A stretch of DNA of 64,000 bases from a virus (Duplodnaviria; Caudoviricetes), in IMG/VR virus record IMGVR_UViG_3300037067_002413, positions 32,001 to 96,000 of that record. One strand, given 5' to 3'. The translations under genes and the position numbers were made by a program. The stretch's first letter is position 1. Each line of letters opens with the position of its first letter. Shown here piece by piece: positions 38,350-47,447 of the stretch. Below the pieces are notes generated by a model that saw nothing but the letters and a program-made list of their open reading frames with translations, had not been told where the DNA came from and made no database searches.

Positions 38350-38472
38350 ATGGCACCGAAAGCGACCGTGAAGAAACCGACCAAGGGAACGACCAAGGGA
38401 ACGACCAAGGGAACGACCAAGGGAACGAAGGCTACCAAGGGCGGCATGAAGGCTGGCGGCAAAGGCTGTTAG
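38350..38472 (+). CDS. Lys/Thr-rich histone-H1-like micro-protein (40 aa); absent from ORF track
   Basis: AGGAG RBS; MAPKATVKKPTKGTTKGTTKGTTKGTKATKGGMKAGGKGC. Confidence 0.65.
   Translation: MAPKATVKKPTKGTTKGTTKGTTKGTKATKGGMKAGGKGC
38380..38427 (+). repeat. Tandem repeat (ACCAAGGGAACG)x4
   Basis: Four exact 12-bp copies encoding TKGT. Confidence 0.9.
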
Positions 38473-38556
38473 TCAAGAAGGCTACTAAGCAGACCCTTGC
38501 GGTACATAACCGCTCTGGAAAATCTGCACATTTTTAACCCCATAGGAGTGCCCAGA

Positions 38557-38739
38557 ATGGCACGCAGTACGAAGACGGCGGGCAAGCCCGCCACCAAGAA
38601 GGCCACCAAGGCCACCGTGAAGAAGTCCACCACGAAGAAGTCCACCAAGGGCACCAAGAAGGTTACCAAGGCTCGCACGGCGAAAGTCGCCACGCAGTTG
38701 CCTCCGGCTTCGATGGCCAGTGCTGGCATGATGATCTAA
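38557..38739 (+). CDS. Lys/Thr-rich histone-H1-like protein (60 aa)
   Basis: AGGAG RBS; MARSTKTAGKPATKKATKATVKKSTTKK... Confidence 0.7.
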   Translation: MARSTKTAGKPATKKATKATVKKSTTKKSTKGTKKVTKARTAKVATQLPPASMASAGMMI

Positions 38740-38748
38740 ATCGTCAAA

Positions 38749-38822
38749 GCCAGCGTACCTCAATTGGATAGAGCCGCTGACCTCTAATCAGCGCGTTGTA
38801 GGTTCGAGTCCTGCCGCTGGCT
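38749..38822 (+). tRNA. tRNA-Arg(TCT), C33 variant
   Basis: GCCAGCG/CGCTGGC acceptor; GCTGA-CCTCTAA-TCAGC anticodon arm; GTAGG-TTCGAGT-CCTGC. Confidence 0.85.
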
Positions 38823-38838
38823 TCTTAGGAGAATTCTA

Positions 38839-39837
38839 ATGGATATTAAAGCAGAAGTGTTGATGCGCAACATGCCTGATGACACGTTACTGGAAAATGT
38901 TGAGTATGTACTTAGTAGGGCAGCGGCAGAGTGGCTTGACCTGGATCATCATCCACAGGATTTGGAAGTTCGAGTAAACACGAATGTCCCATTGCTTGGT
39001 CAAGCCTTGAACACGATAGAAAAAGGCGTTGATCTGAGACCGCCCCAGAAGGCTCCGATTTATGCAATCAGCGATTTGCACATGGGGGACGGTGGGCCTC
39101 GTGACAATTTTTCCTATTATGGATTACGCGAGAAGTATCTGATGTCCTTCCTCGATTTTGTTGAGGAGAATAACGGACAACTTGTGATCTGCGGCGACTT
39201 ATTCGAGTTGTGGCAGAGCAATATAAGCAAGGTACTGACGAAACGTATTTGGTTACTCGATCGTCTGGCAAGGATGCAGGCTATCTACATTCTTGGAAAT
39301 CACGACGCCGATCTTCGATATTTCCTTGGACAACCAGGTTGGCTTACGCATCCGTTCTTCGAGCGAATGTGCAACGGTTGTCATCTGAATCTTGGTGGCA
39401 AATCATTCGAGTTTATTCATGGGCACGAGGCTGATCCATATTGCGTCAGTGATACGCCGGGGTTGGGTCGAATAACAGCCATCTATTCTGGACTTGCCGA
39501 AGACCGCAACGGCGGCCCGATGTTCGATGAATATACCACAGTAGAACAGAAGGTAATTGGTCCTCTGGAGCGAGTCGTAAGCGTGTTGAATTGGTTTCGT
39601 GGAAAACCTGACCGATTCACAGAGATCAATCGCAATCTTCGAGACCTTTTGGTATCCGACGTTTTGATTTGCGGGCATACCCACCATCCTGGAAGAATTG
39701 CCGGTTGGCATTACAACTGTGGCACTTGGGCTGAGGAAACGAATAGTTTCCTTTGCATCCAGCGAGACGGCACCGTTGGCGCATTTGATTGGAAAAACAA
39801 TCAGGCAATTCCAAATGATTCGGAGCTTCCGATATGA
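38839..39837 (+). CDS. Calcineurin-like metallophosphoesterase (LpxH-like)
   Basis: ISDLHMG, GDLFE, GNHD, HGH, GHTH. Confidence 0.88.
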   Translation: MDIKAEVLMRNMPDDTLLENVEYVLSRAAAEWLDLDHHPQDLEVRVNTNVPLLGQALNTIEKGVDLRPPQKAPIYAISDLHMGDGGPRDNFSYYGLREKYLMSFLDFVEENNGQLVICGDLFELWQSNISKVLTKRIWLLDRLARMQAIYILGNHDADLRYFLGQPGWLTHPFFERMCNGCHLNLGGKSFEFIHGHEADPYCVSDTPGLGRITAIYSGLAEDRNGGPMFDEYTTVEQKVIGPLERVVSVLNWFRGKPDRFTEINRNLRDLLVSDVLICGHTHHPGRIAGWHYNCGTWAEETNSFLCIQRDGTVGAFDWKNNQAIPNDSELPI

Positions 39838-40121
39838 CGTTGTTTATTCTTGCCGTAATTGGCATGACTCATATTGTCGTTGACAGCGAAATTATGGAAC
39901 CAGTCGAAACTTGGGCAGAGGATTGGCTTCCGTCTAAGTTGCACTATGCCTTGTTCAACTGTTATCAGTGTTCAGGATTCTGGTGCGGCGTGATGCTAGG
40001 ATTGCTGATCGTAAGTTTCAATCCATTTGTTGTGTTTGCCTGTGGATGTGCTGGCAGTTTTCTTGCGGACTTTAGCGAAACCATTTTTCAATCTCTTGAA
40101 GGATTACACCATGCGTCGTGA
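39834..40121 (+). CDS. Membrane protein with CxxC (DUF1360-like)
   Basis: LFNCYQCSGFW between hydrophobic helices. Confidence 0.6.
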   Translation: MTLFILAVIGMTHIVVDSEIMEPVETWAEDWLPSKLHYALFNCYQCSGFWCGVMLGLLIVSFNPFVVFACGCAGSFLADFSETIFQSLEGLHHAS

Positions 40122-41196
40122 GTTTCTCCAACTGGCTGACACTTTCAATCCAGCCAAACATAAGATCGCCGGCTACCTCGTGAGCGAGAAGTTGGACGGA
40201 ACAAGATGCTTTTGGGATGGCGGTCTGAGCCGTGGCGTGAAGACAGAACAAATACCGTGGGCGAGTATCACAGACCCGAAAACAGGTAAGAGAAAATCCA
40301 AACTCAAGCCGCTTGCCACGGGTCTGTGGTCTCGATACGGTAATCCAATCATGGCTCCAGATGATTTTCTGAATGCTCTGCCTTCGTGTCCATTGGACGG
40401 CGAACTGTGGGCTGGTCGTGGGAATTTTCAACTTTGCCGATCAATTTGCGGCGGCGATGAACCTGATCCGCGATTTCACCAAATCACCTATGCGGTTTAC
40501 AGTGCGCCAGCCATTCCTTACGTTTTCGGAACGGGCGAGATCAAAAATACCAATATGGTATGCGATCTCAACTTCGAGGCGATTGAGAAATGGATCACGC
40601 CTCGTCTGGTTCCAGGTTACGGATGGGTCAAGACGCCCGCAACCTTCAATGACGAATTGATGTTTCTCCGCGAATACTTGGAAGTACAAAACGATCGAGT
40701 GTTTGTCCACAAGCAGGTTCGACTACCCGAGAATGAAGAGGAAGCAAGAGCCGTCGTGGACAAGTTCCTTGACAATGTGTTGAGTCAGGGCGGCGAAGGT
40801 TGCGTTATACGAAATCCAATGGCATCCTGGACGCCCAAGAGACACAAGGGATTGCTCAAGTTCAAGCCTTTCAGCGATGCTGAATCGACCGTTACTGGGT
40901 TCACAACCGGCCGTGAGACAGACAAGGGCAGCCGACTTCTTGGAAGAATCGGTGCCTTGATTACGAACTATGACGGCAAACGATTGGAACTTGCTGGTCT
41001 TACGGATGCCGAACGCGAGTTCACAAATCAAGAAGCCGTGGAATGGGCAAGGAGCAATCCGGGGCAAGATGCGCCGGAATGGGTCGATGGCAAACAGTTC
41101 AAGAAGGGTCAGAGCGTTACCTTCAAGTATCGAGAACTTACGGATGACGGGATTCCAAAGGAGGCCCGTTATTGGCGACGAAGGGACGTGGAATGA
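40111..41196 (+). CDS. ATP-dependent DNA ligase
   Basis: SEKLDGTRCFWDG, LDGELW, GGEGCVIR, LLKFK, C-terminal OB fold TFKY..LT..GIP. Confidence 0.92.
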   Translation: MRREFLQLADTFNPAKHKIAGYLVSEKLDGTRCFWDGGLSRGVKTEQIPWASITDPKTGKRKSKLKPLATGLWSRYGNPIMAPDDFLNALPSCPLDGELWAGRGNFQLCRSICGGDEPDPRFHQITYAVYSAPAIPYVFGTGEIKNTNMVCDLNFEAIEKWITPRLVPGYGWVKTPATFNDELMFLREYLEVQNDRVFVHKQVRLPENEEEARAVVDKFLDNVLSQGGEGCVIRNPMASWTPKRHKGLLKFKPFSDAESTVTGFTTGRETDKGSRLLGRIGALITNYDGKRLELAGLTDAEREFTNQEAVEWARSNPGQDAPEWVDGKQFKKGQSVTFKYRELTDDGIPKEARYWRRRDVE

Positions 41197-41633
41197 CAGA
41201 GACGTTAGAGACAGATTACTTGGTAGATGCGATCAGAATAGGGCAGTCGATTCAGAGTTCTTACGATGCTGTCATAGAGCAGTTAAACCAACTCGATGTC
41301 TCTTGTCTCCCTTACGTTGAGGTAACAAACCGGGATGTAAATAAAAATCTTGCAGCATATTCGTGCGTGTACTTTTTGGTTGACAAAGGGAAGTACGAAT
41401 ATGTTGTAAAGTATGTCGGTAAGACAACGAACCTGCATAACCGATGGAATTACCCAAGACGATCTTTATTTGGGCAACCTCATGCGTGTTTTGAGCGATG
41501 TGTAAGTTGGCTCGAACGATATGGTAGGGCTATTCGTATTGCTTGGATTCCTATTGAGCGTCAGTTTCTTGCAGCTACGGAGATGTTTTTGATTGACCGT
41601 TTTGACCCACCTTGGAATGTCCATAAGGCATAA
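41193..41633 (+). CDS. GIY-YIG nuclease-domain protein
   Basis: CVYFL...YVGKTTNL.NRW...E..LI..FDPPWN. Confidence 0.75.
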   Translation: MTETLETDYLVDAIRIGQSIQSSYDAVIEQLNQLDVSCLPYVEVTNRDVNKNLAAYSCVYFLVDKGKYEYVVKYVGKTTNLHNRWNYPRRSLFGQPHACFERCVSWLERYGRAIRIAWIPIERQFLAATEMFLIDRFDPPWNVHKA

Positions 41634-41634
41634 A

Positions 41635-42342
41635 ATGAAACTGACTGTTGGTTCTCTTTTTGCCGGCATTGGTGGCTTTGATCTGGGTTTAGAACGCACT
41701 GGCGGTTTCAAGACTGTTTGGCAGGTTGAGATTGATCCATACGCACGGAGAGTTCTTGAAAAGCAATGGCCAAACGTGTTGCGATGGGATGACGTGCGAA
41801 CCTTCCCGCCTAAACCAATTAAACAATGGAAATGTGACGTAATTTGCGGTGGATTTCCATGCCAGGATATTAGCGATGCTGGAAAGCGACAAGGGATTGA
41901 TGGGGAACGCAGCGGTCTATGGTCAGAGTTTGCCCGAGTGCTTCGCGTATTACGACCACGGTACGTCATCGTGGAAAATAGTGCAGCAATCGTCGGTCGT
42001 GGACTCGGACGAGTGCTTGGTGACCTTTCCGAAATCGGGTTCGATGCAGAATGGTCGGTTGTATCCGCGTGCTCGATGGGTGCCCTGCACCGACGAGAAC
42101 GAATGCTCATTGTGGCCCACGCCAACGTCAAGCAATCGAGACAATGCTGGGGGAAGCGGTTCGCGGAAATCTGCAATAAGGAATGGAACCTATGTAAGTG
42201 GCCGGGTGAATCCGAACCTGTACGAATGGTTGATGGGGTTCCCAATCGGTTGGACCGAAACCACTGTCTTGGAAATGCCATCATTCCGCAAATTGTCCAG
42301 ATGATAGGGAATGGAATTCTAGCAATAGAAAATGTGAAATAG
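41635..42342 (+). CDS. C5-cytosine DNA methyltransferase (alpha polypeptide; no in-frame motif IX)
   Basis: FAGIGG (I), GFPCQDIS (IV), ENS (VI), HRRER (VIII), LGNAIIPQ (X). Confidence 0.92.
   Translation: MKLTVGSLFAGIGGFDLGLERTGGFKTVWQVEIDPYARRVLEKQWPNVLRWDDVRTFPPKPIKQWKCDVICGGFPCQDISDAGKRQGIDGERSGLWSEFARVLRVLRPRYVIVENSAAIVGRGLGRVLGDLSEIGFDAEWSVVSACSMGALHRRERMLIVAHANVKQSRQCWGKRFAEICNKEWNLCKWPGESEPVRMVDGVPNRLDRNHCLGNAIIPQIVQMIGNGILAIENVK
41849..42304 (+). CDS. Nested alternative-frame beta polypeptide of the C5 methyltransferase (start uncertain)
   Basis: LWPTP...GRVNPNLYEWLMGFPIGWT matches motif IX; lies entirely inside the MTase gene. Confidence 0.7.
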   Translation: MDFHARILAMLESDKGLMGNAAVYGQSLPECFAYYDHGTSSWKIVQQSSVVDSDECLVTFPKSGSMQNGRLYPRARWVPCTDENECSLWPTPTSSNRDNAGGSGSRKSAIRNGTYVSGRVNPNLYEWLMGFPIGWTETTVLEMPSFRKLSR

Positions 42343-42358
42343 AAATCGAGGAGAACCA

Positions 42359-42589
42359 ATGAGCGAAGTCGTCATTCTGAGTGTACCTGATAAGAAGGAA
42401 GCCATCTACATTGATGGCACCCTCATTCTGGAGGACAAGTGGATTTCCTGCACGCAACTGTTGGACAAACTCATTCAGCGGAATGTTGTTCACGGTGGCC
42501 GGCGATACGCCAAGGAAGACAGTCTAAATGATGTTGGTCAGTTTCCACGGAGCCTGGCTGAAATCGAGATTCGGGAGAACAGATTCTAA
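42359..42589 (+). CDS. Hypothetical protein
   Basis: GAGGAG RBS. Confidence 0.6.
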   Translation: MSEVVILSVPDKKEAIYIDGTLILEDKWISCTQLLDKLIQRNVVHGGRRYAKEDSLNDVGQFPRSLAEIEIRENRF

Positions 42590-43551
42590 TGCCTTGCATT
42601 TGTTATGTTCCAAAGAAGTTTCACGATAGCAGTCTGATGATTATCGACGACGCGAATAGAATCATTCGTGACTATTCGCGTCAGGGGTTCAAGTTGACCT
42701 TGAGGCAATTGTACTACCAATTCGTTGCGCGTGATCTGCTGCCTGCATCGTGGATCGACCCAGTATACAATCTGAAACAGGGATTGCCGGCCGACACGAA
42801 AAACACATTGAAAAATTACAAACGGCTTGGTGATCTCATCAATGATGGTCGCCTGGCTGGAAAAATCGACTGGAATGCGATTGAAGATCGCACGCGCAAC
42901 TTGCAAAGCGGTGCTCACTGGTCTAGTCCTAATTCAATCGTGCGTGCTTGTGCCAGTCAATACGCCGTCGATATGTGGGATGACCAAGACAATTATGTGG
43001 AAGTATGGGTCGAGAAGGACGCCTTGATTGGCGTACTAGAAGGAATTTGCCAAGAGTTGGACGTTCCTTATTTTGCTTGCCGTGGCTATACAAGCCAAAG
43101 TGAGATGTGGGGTGCGGCACAACGCCTAATTGAAAAAGAGGGCGAAGGCAAGGAAACAACAATTGTTCATTTGGGCGATCACGATCCGTCCGGTATCGAC
43201 ATGAGCCGGGACATTCAAGATCGTCTTGAAATGTTTGGTTCGTCTGCAACCATTAAACGAATTGCATTGACTTTCGACCAGGTACATGAGTACGAACCGC
43301 CGCCTAATCCGGCCAAGACGACGGACGCTAGGTATCGTTCTTATGCAGACCTTTATGGTGATGAAAGTTGGGAATTGGACGCTCTCGAACCTCGTGTAAT
43401 CGTTGACTTAATCCGCGAGGCTGTTGAATCAAAGATTGACCATGAGTTTTGGGAAGACGCTTTAGAGCGTCAGGACACAGGTCGGAAACAATTAAGCCAG
43501 GTGTCTGAGGACTGGGATGGCGTAGTCGAGTACCTCGGTCAGGCTGGATGA
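42589..43551 (+). CDS. Topoisomerase VI-A/Spo11-like Toprim protein
   Basis: TLRQLYYQ, VEKDAL, GYTS, GDHDPSG, ELDAL. Confidence 0.8.
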   Translation: MPCICYVPKKFHDSSLMIIDDANRIIRDYSRQGFKLTLRQLYYQFVARDLLPASWIDPVYNLKQGLPADTKNTLKNYKRLGDLINDGRLAGKIDWNAIEDRTRNLQSGAHWSSPNSIVRACASQYAVDMWDDQDNYVEVWVEKDALIGVLEGICQELDVPYFACRGYTSQSEMWGAAQRLIEKEGEGKETTIVHLGDHDPSGIDMSRDIQDRLEMFGSSATIKRIALTFDQVHEYEPPPNPAKTTDARYRSYADLYGDESWELDALEPRVIVDLIREAVESKIDHEFWEDALERQDTGRKQLSQVSEDWDGVVEYLGQAG

Positions 43552-43561
43552 AAGAAAACAA

Positions 43562-43861
43562 ATGGAAGAAATGATAAACGGTGGTCAGAAAGTAAAACAA
43601 GTCGGGCATGTGGTAACTCATCTTACCAACCGGGCTTTTGCTTATATCAGCGGAGCTTGTGCCCTGATGATCGTGGCGGTCTCGGCTGTTACTGCAACTC
43701 TTTATGCCGTGACTCACAGTTCTGAAACACTTCGCAATCTTGCATCATCCACATTGACGGGCGTTGGCATGGCGATTGGTGGGTGCCTGGGAAGTGCGTT
43801 GATTCTTCGATTTAAGTCAGCCCGCGACTTCATCCGTTCTGTTCTGAAAGATTTGCAATAA
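43562..43861 (+). CDS. Two-TM membrane protein
   Basis: Two hydrophobic segments. Confidence 0.55.
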   Translation: MEEMINGGQKVKQVGHVVTHLTNRAFAYISGACALMIVAVSAVTATLYAVTHSSETLRNLASSTLTGVGMAIGGCLGSALILRFKSARDFIRSVLKDLQ

Positions 43862-43862
43862 C

Positions 43863-44054
43863 GGCTGACCCACGAGGACATCACAGTGCGCGGCCTCTGT
43901 TCAGGTTGTCCGAACGCTCGGCGATAAGGACTCAACCGAAGACATGCTATCTCTGCGTGCCGTCCTACTCTCGCCGTGGAGTGGTTTACGCAACCAGCGG
44001 TGGGCAAGAGTCCGGGGACGCCCGGTGAGTCCTAACGACTCCCGTGGGTCAGTC
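43863..44054 (+). ncRNA. Unassigned ~190-nt structured RNA upstream of RNA ligase
   Basis: GGCTGACCCACG/CGTGGGTCAGTC closing stem; nested AGGACTCA/TGAGTCCT, CCGGG/CCCGG and TGGTT/AACCA. Confidence 0.55.
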
Positions 44055-44092
44055 TATTTTATATCAATCCTCTATGCTAAAGGTATGCGCTA

Positions 44093-45181
44093 ATGTCTAA
44101 CGTATTTGTTGAATTGACCACGATCGACGAAGTGAAGCCGCATCCTAATGCGACCAAACTGGAAATCGCTGTAATCAAAGGTATCACTACCATCGTCGGC
44201 AAAGACGAGTTCCAGAAGGGTCAACGGGTTGTATTCTTCCCGCCTGGAATCTTGCTGCCGCCTGATATTGCTCAGTTGCTTGGAGTTCAGAAATACCTCA
44301 AGCACGCTGAATTTCCAGGGGATGCAGATCATCCGGCTGGCAAATGCCAGTGTCGAGTTGCAGCGTGCCGGCTTCGAGGTGCGCCAAGTTTTGGCTTTAT
44401 TATTCCTGCTCCATCCACGCTGGACGACACTGCCATTGGAACCGATGTCTCGTGCATGTGGGCAGCCCAAAAGTACGAACCGCCTGCTCGTTATTTCTTT
44501 GGTGATATTATGCCAGAGGACAATAGTTTCCACAAATACACCGACATTGAAAATTATTGGCGGTTCAACAATGCCATCCCTGACGGCACACCAGTACGAA
44601 TCACGGAAAAGATTCATGGAACGAACAGTCGAGTTGGTTTGATCGCCATGTACGACGGTGAGTTCGAGTTCATGGCGGGCAGTCATAAAACTCGCCGGAA
44701 GAAACCTGATGGCGAAAACACGTCCATTTACTGGCGACCGCTGGAAGATCGGTGTGTTCTTGATCTTCTGACGTACCTGTGCGATGAGAAGAATTCAGTG
44801 GTCGTCTTTGGCGAAATCTACGGAGTAGGCGTCCAGGATTTGGATTATGGCACCAAGGAGGGTTACGCGGTCTTTGACATCAGCGTCAACGGCAAATATC
44901 TGAACTGGGATCGGGTGAAAACCTTATGCGATTGGTACGGTGTAAAAACCGTCAATCTTCTTTATGAGGGACCATTCAGCAAAGATTTGGTGCAAGAACA
45001 CACCTATGGACCAACAACCATGATAGCACCCGAATTGATCGCCAGTCCGTTTAAGGGACGTGAAGGGTGCGTCATTACTCCGTTGGTTGAGCAGTTCTAC
45101 GCTCCGACCGGCGGTCGGCTGATTCTGAAAAGCGTCAGTGCTGACTACCTCGATCGGAAAGGTGCTCAGGATAACGAATGA
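44093..45181 (+). CDS. ATP-dependent RNA ligase, DRB0094 family
   Basis: N-terminal OB (I.EV.PHPNATKLE, RLRGAPSFG), TEKIHGTN, FGEIYG.GVQ, FDI, REGCVI, LKSVSADYL. Confidence 0.9.
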   Translation: MSNVFVELTTIDEVKPHPNATKLEIAVIKGITTIVGKDEFQKGQRVVFFPPGILLPPDIAQLLGVQKYLKHAEFPGDADHPAGKCQCRVAACRLRGAPSFGFIIPAPSTLDDTAIGTDVSCMWAAQKYEPPARYFFGDIMPEDNSFHKYTDIENYWRFNNAIPDGTPVRITEKIHGTNSRVGLIAMYDGEFEFMAGSHKTRRKKPDGENTSIYWRPLEDRCVLDLLTYLCDEKNSVVVFGEIYGVGVQDLDYGTKEGYAVFDISVNGKYLNWDRVKTLCDWYGVKTVNLLYEGPFSKDLVQEHTYGPTTMIAPELIASPFKGREGCVITPLVEQFYAPTGGRLILKSVSADYLDRKGAQDNE

Positions 45182-45486
45182 AAACTCAAGACATTTACGA
45201 CGTGTTGAATGGTGAACGCGAGTATCAAAAGCGTAGATGGGGAGAACGTCAACCTGATGGTTCTTTTAGGGAATCAAACCACGAGGTCGGCGAATACCTA
45301 GTCTATATGCAAGATTACCTAACTGCGGGATTTCACGCTTTGACTCACAAGGACGGTAGTTTGGATGCTCTTGATGCCCTCCGCAAGGTAGTTACTCTCG
45401 GCATTGGATGTTTCGAGGAACATGGCATTCGTCGCCGTGATTTGTACTCGACAATCATCAATGCAAGGGATGGGTTGAAAGCATGA
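45178..45486 (+). CDS. Hypothetical protein (all-helical, MazG-like fold possible)
   Basis: EREYQ..RWG...LRKVVTLGIGCFE. Confidence 0.45.
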   Translation: MKTQDIYDVLNGEREYQKRRWGERQPDGSFRESNHEVGEYLVYMQDYLTAGFHALTHKDGSLDALDALRKVVTLGIGCFEEHGIRRRDLYSTIINARDGLKA

Positions 45487-45998
45487 GCAGACAAATCTTC
45501 CTTGATATGGATGGCGTTATCGTGGACTTGCAATGTCCTTTGCAGGAATTGCACCACAGGGACGTGAGTTTGGCGTTCCATCGCCATGAATTGGAGTTGA
45601 CGGACGAACAAATTTGGACTGGCACGGATGCAATTTGGTGGGCACATCTTCCGTGGATGGAGGATGGTCGTGCCATTCTAGCCCTCTGTGAAGATGCAGT
45701 TGGCGTCGAGAACGTAATCCTTTGTTCGACGCCTGCTGCCTGGCCTGGTTCTGCCGAAGGCAAGATTCGTTGGATTGAAGAACAGATGCCTAACTACAAG
45801 AGGCGTTTTATTCTCACTCCAAAGAAAGCATGTTGTGCAAACGCTCGCACGCTCCTGATTGACGATTATGAACGCAACAACGTGGAGTTTCACAACGCAG
45901 GCGGTGCGGCATTACTTTGCCCAAGACCGTGGAATAACAATTCTAATCTCAACACTCTGGATTATTTGAGGGAAGGGATAAAGGAGATGTTGGAATGA
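45483..45998 (+). CDS. HAD 5'(3')-deoxyribonucleotidase-like protein 2
   Basis: DMDGV, STP, GK.RW, LIDD, RPWN; paralog of 37319-37879. Confidence 0.85.
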   Translation: MSRQIFLDMDGVIVDLQCPLQELHHRDVSLAFHRHELELTDEQIWTGTDAIWWAHLPWMEDGRAILALCEDAVGVENVILCSTPAAWPGSAEGKIRWIEEQMPNYKRRFILTPKKACCANARTLLIDDYERNNVEFHNAGGAALLCPRPWNNNSNLNTLDYLREGIKEMLE

Positions 45999-46459
45999 AT
46001 CAATACGTCATCTGCTATGCTGCTCCAGACATTACTTGGCAAAAGGTTCTGCTGATCGAAAAGAATCGACCAGCATGGCAAGTTGGTCGTTACAATCTTC
46101 CCGGCGGTCATATCGAGAACGATGAAACGATTCATGCCGCTGCCAGTCGTGAACTCAAGGAAGAAACGAACATTGACTGTCCAGAGGATCGGGTTCGCAT
46201 CATGGGGACAATTGAAGGTGCTGACTTCATTGTCTATGTCTGCCGTTGCGATTATCAAGCCCACAATGTCAATTGTGCTGAAACAATGACTGACGAGCGC
46301 GTCTTCTGGATGCAATTTCCAGAGGCACTCAACCACGAAAAGTTAATCGACAATCTACGTCTTGTCATCTCGTTTTGTAACACGGGATTAGTTGGCTGGC
46401 ATATCGTCAGCGAAAAAGACGGCGTCTTCATAATCACTGACGAGAAAGAAAATGCGTAA
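45995..46459 (+). CDS. NUDIX hydrolase
   Basis: GGHIENDETIHAAASRELKEETNI Nudix box. Confidence 0.9.
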   Translation: MNQYVICYAAPDITWQKVLLIEKNRPAWQVGRYNLPGGHIENDETIHAAASRELKEETNIDCPEDRVRIMGTIEGADFIVYVCRCDYQAHNVNCAETMTDERVFWMQFPEALNHEKLIDNLRLVISFCNTGLVGWHIVSEKDGVFIITDEKENA

Positions 46460-47444
46460 ACCGACTTATCTTAGTCATTCCTCCTTGACCACATGGGGCA
46501 AGGACAAAGAAGAATTCTATATCAAACACCTGGCTGAGACCCGTGCGCAGCATGTGCCGCAAGAAAATTATATGTCCGTGGGTGCCAGTTTCGACGCCTA
46601 TGCCAAATCAGCGTTGCATGAACGACTCTTCGGAAAGGGTACTGATCCGCAGTTCGAGTTCAACACAATCTTCGAGGCGCAGGTTGAACCGCAGAATAGA
46701 GACTTCGCCCTTGAAGCCGGCAAATACATCTATGACTGCTATGTGATGACCGGCGCATTCGAGGAACTCCTTGCTCTGTTGCAAAAATCCAAAGAACCGC
46801 CTCGCTTCGAGTTCAAGGTTGATGGCACCATCAATGGCGTGCCGATCCTCGGCAAACCTGACTGTCGATTCATCCATGAATGCGGCGTTCATGTGATCTT
46901 GGATTGGAAGGTCAAGGGATTCTGCTCGAAGTACGGGGCAAGCCCATCCAAGAATTACCGCTTATGCCGTGATGCCTATGGTCTACCGCATAAGGCAAGC
47001 AAGAGTCACAACACCGCGCATAAGGATTATATGCCCTACGATCATCATGGATTCGAGATCAACAAAACATATTTGGAAGAAGCCAATGAGGAATATGCAG
47101 ATCAGATTTGCATGTACGGTTGGCTTCTCGGCGAACAAGTTGGCGACGAGGAAGTAGTCTGCTGCATTGACGAGATTGTAAGCAAGTACATGCCAACAGG
47201 CAAACCCCTGCTTCGTGTAGCGCACCAGCGCGCACGGGTGAGCAGTGCCCATCAAACGATGGTTCTCGGTCGTGCTACGGAATGCTGGGAAGCGATCACC
47301 AGCGGATGGATTTTCCGTGATCTGACTCGTGAAGAAAACGATGCGAAGTGCCAACACATGGAACAAAAAGTGATGGCTCTCCAATCCGATGGTTCTCTCG
47401 AAGAGAATATGTACGCCAAAATGGCTCGACCGCAAAGGTGGTAA
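46452..47444 (+). CDS. PD-(D/E)xK exonuclease (Cas4/RecB-like)
   Basis: LSHSSL, GKPD, LDWK, Q..MY. Confidence 0.75.
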   Translation: MRKPTYLSHSSLTTWGKDKEEFYIKHLAETRAQHVPQENYMSVGASFDAYAKSALHERLFGKGTDPQFEFNTIFEAQVEPQNRDFALEAGKYIYDCYVMTGAFEELLALLQKSKEPPRFEFKVDGTINGVPILGKPDCRFIHECGVHVILDWKVKGFCSKYGASPSKNYRLCRDAYGLPHKASKSHNTAHKDYMPYDHHGFEINKTYLEEANEEYADQICMYGWLLGEQVGDEEVVCCIDEIVSKYMPTGKPLLRVAHQRARVSSAHQTMVLGRATECWEAITSGWIFRDLTREENDAKCQHMEQKVMALQSDGSLEENMYAKMARPQRW

Positions 47445-47447
47445 TTG

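Noticed and set aside
38557-38600. Histone H3 tail mimic (MARSTKTAGK)
   Set aside because: Low-complexity K/T/A composition explains the resemblance
42589-43551. Wadjet (JetD) defence system
   Set aside because: Toprim protein only; no SMC or JetABC genes adjacent
46452-47444. Cas4 as part of a CRISPR system
   Set aside because: A solitary PD-(D/E)xK nuclease common in phage replication modules; no other cas genes
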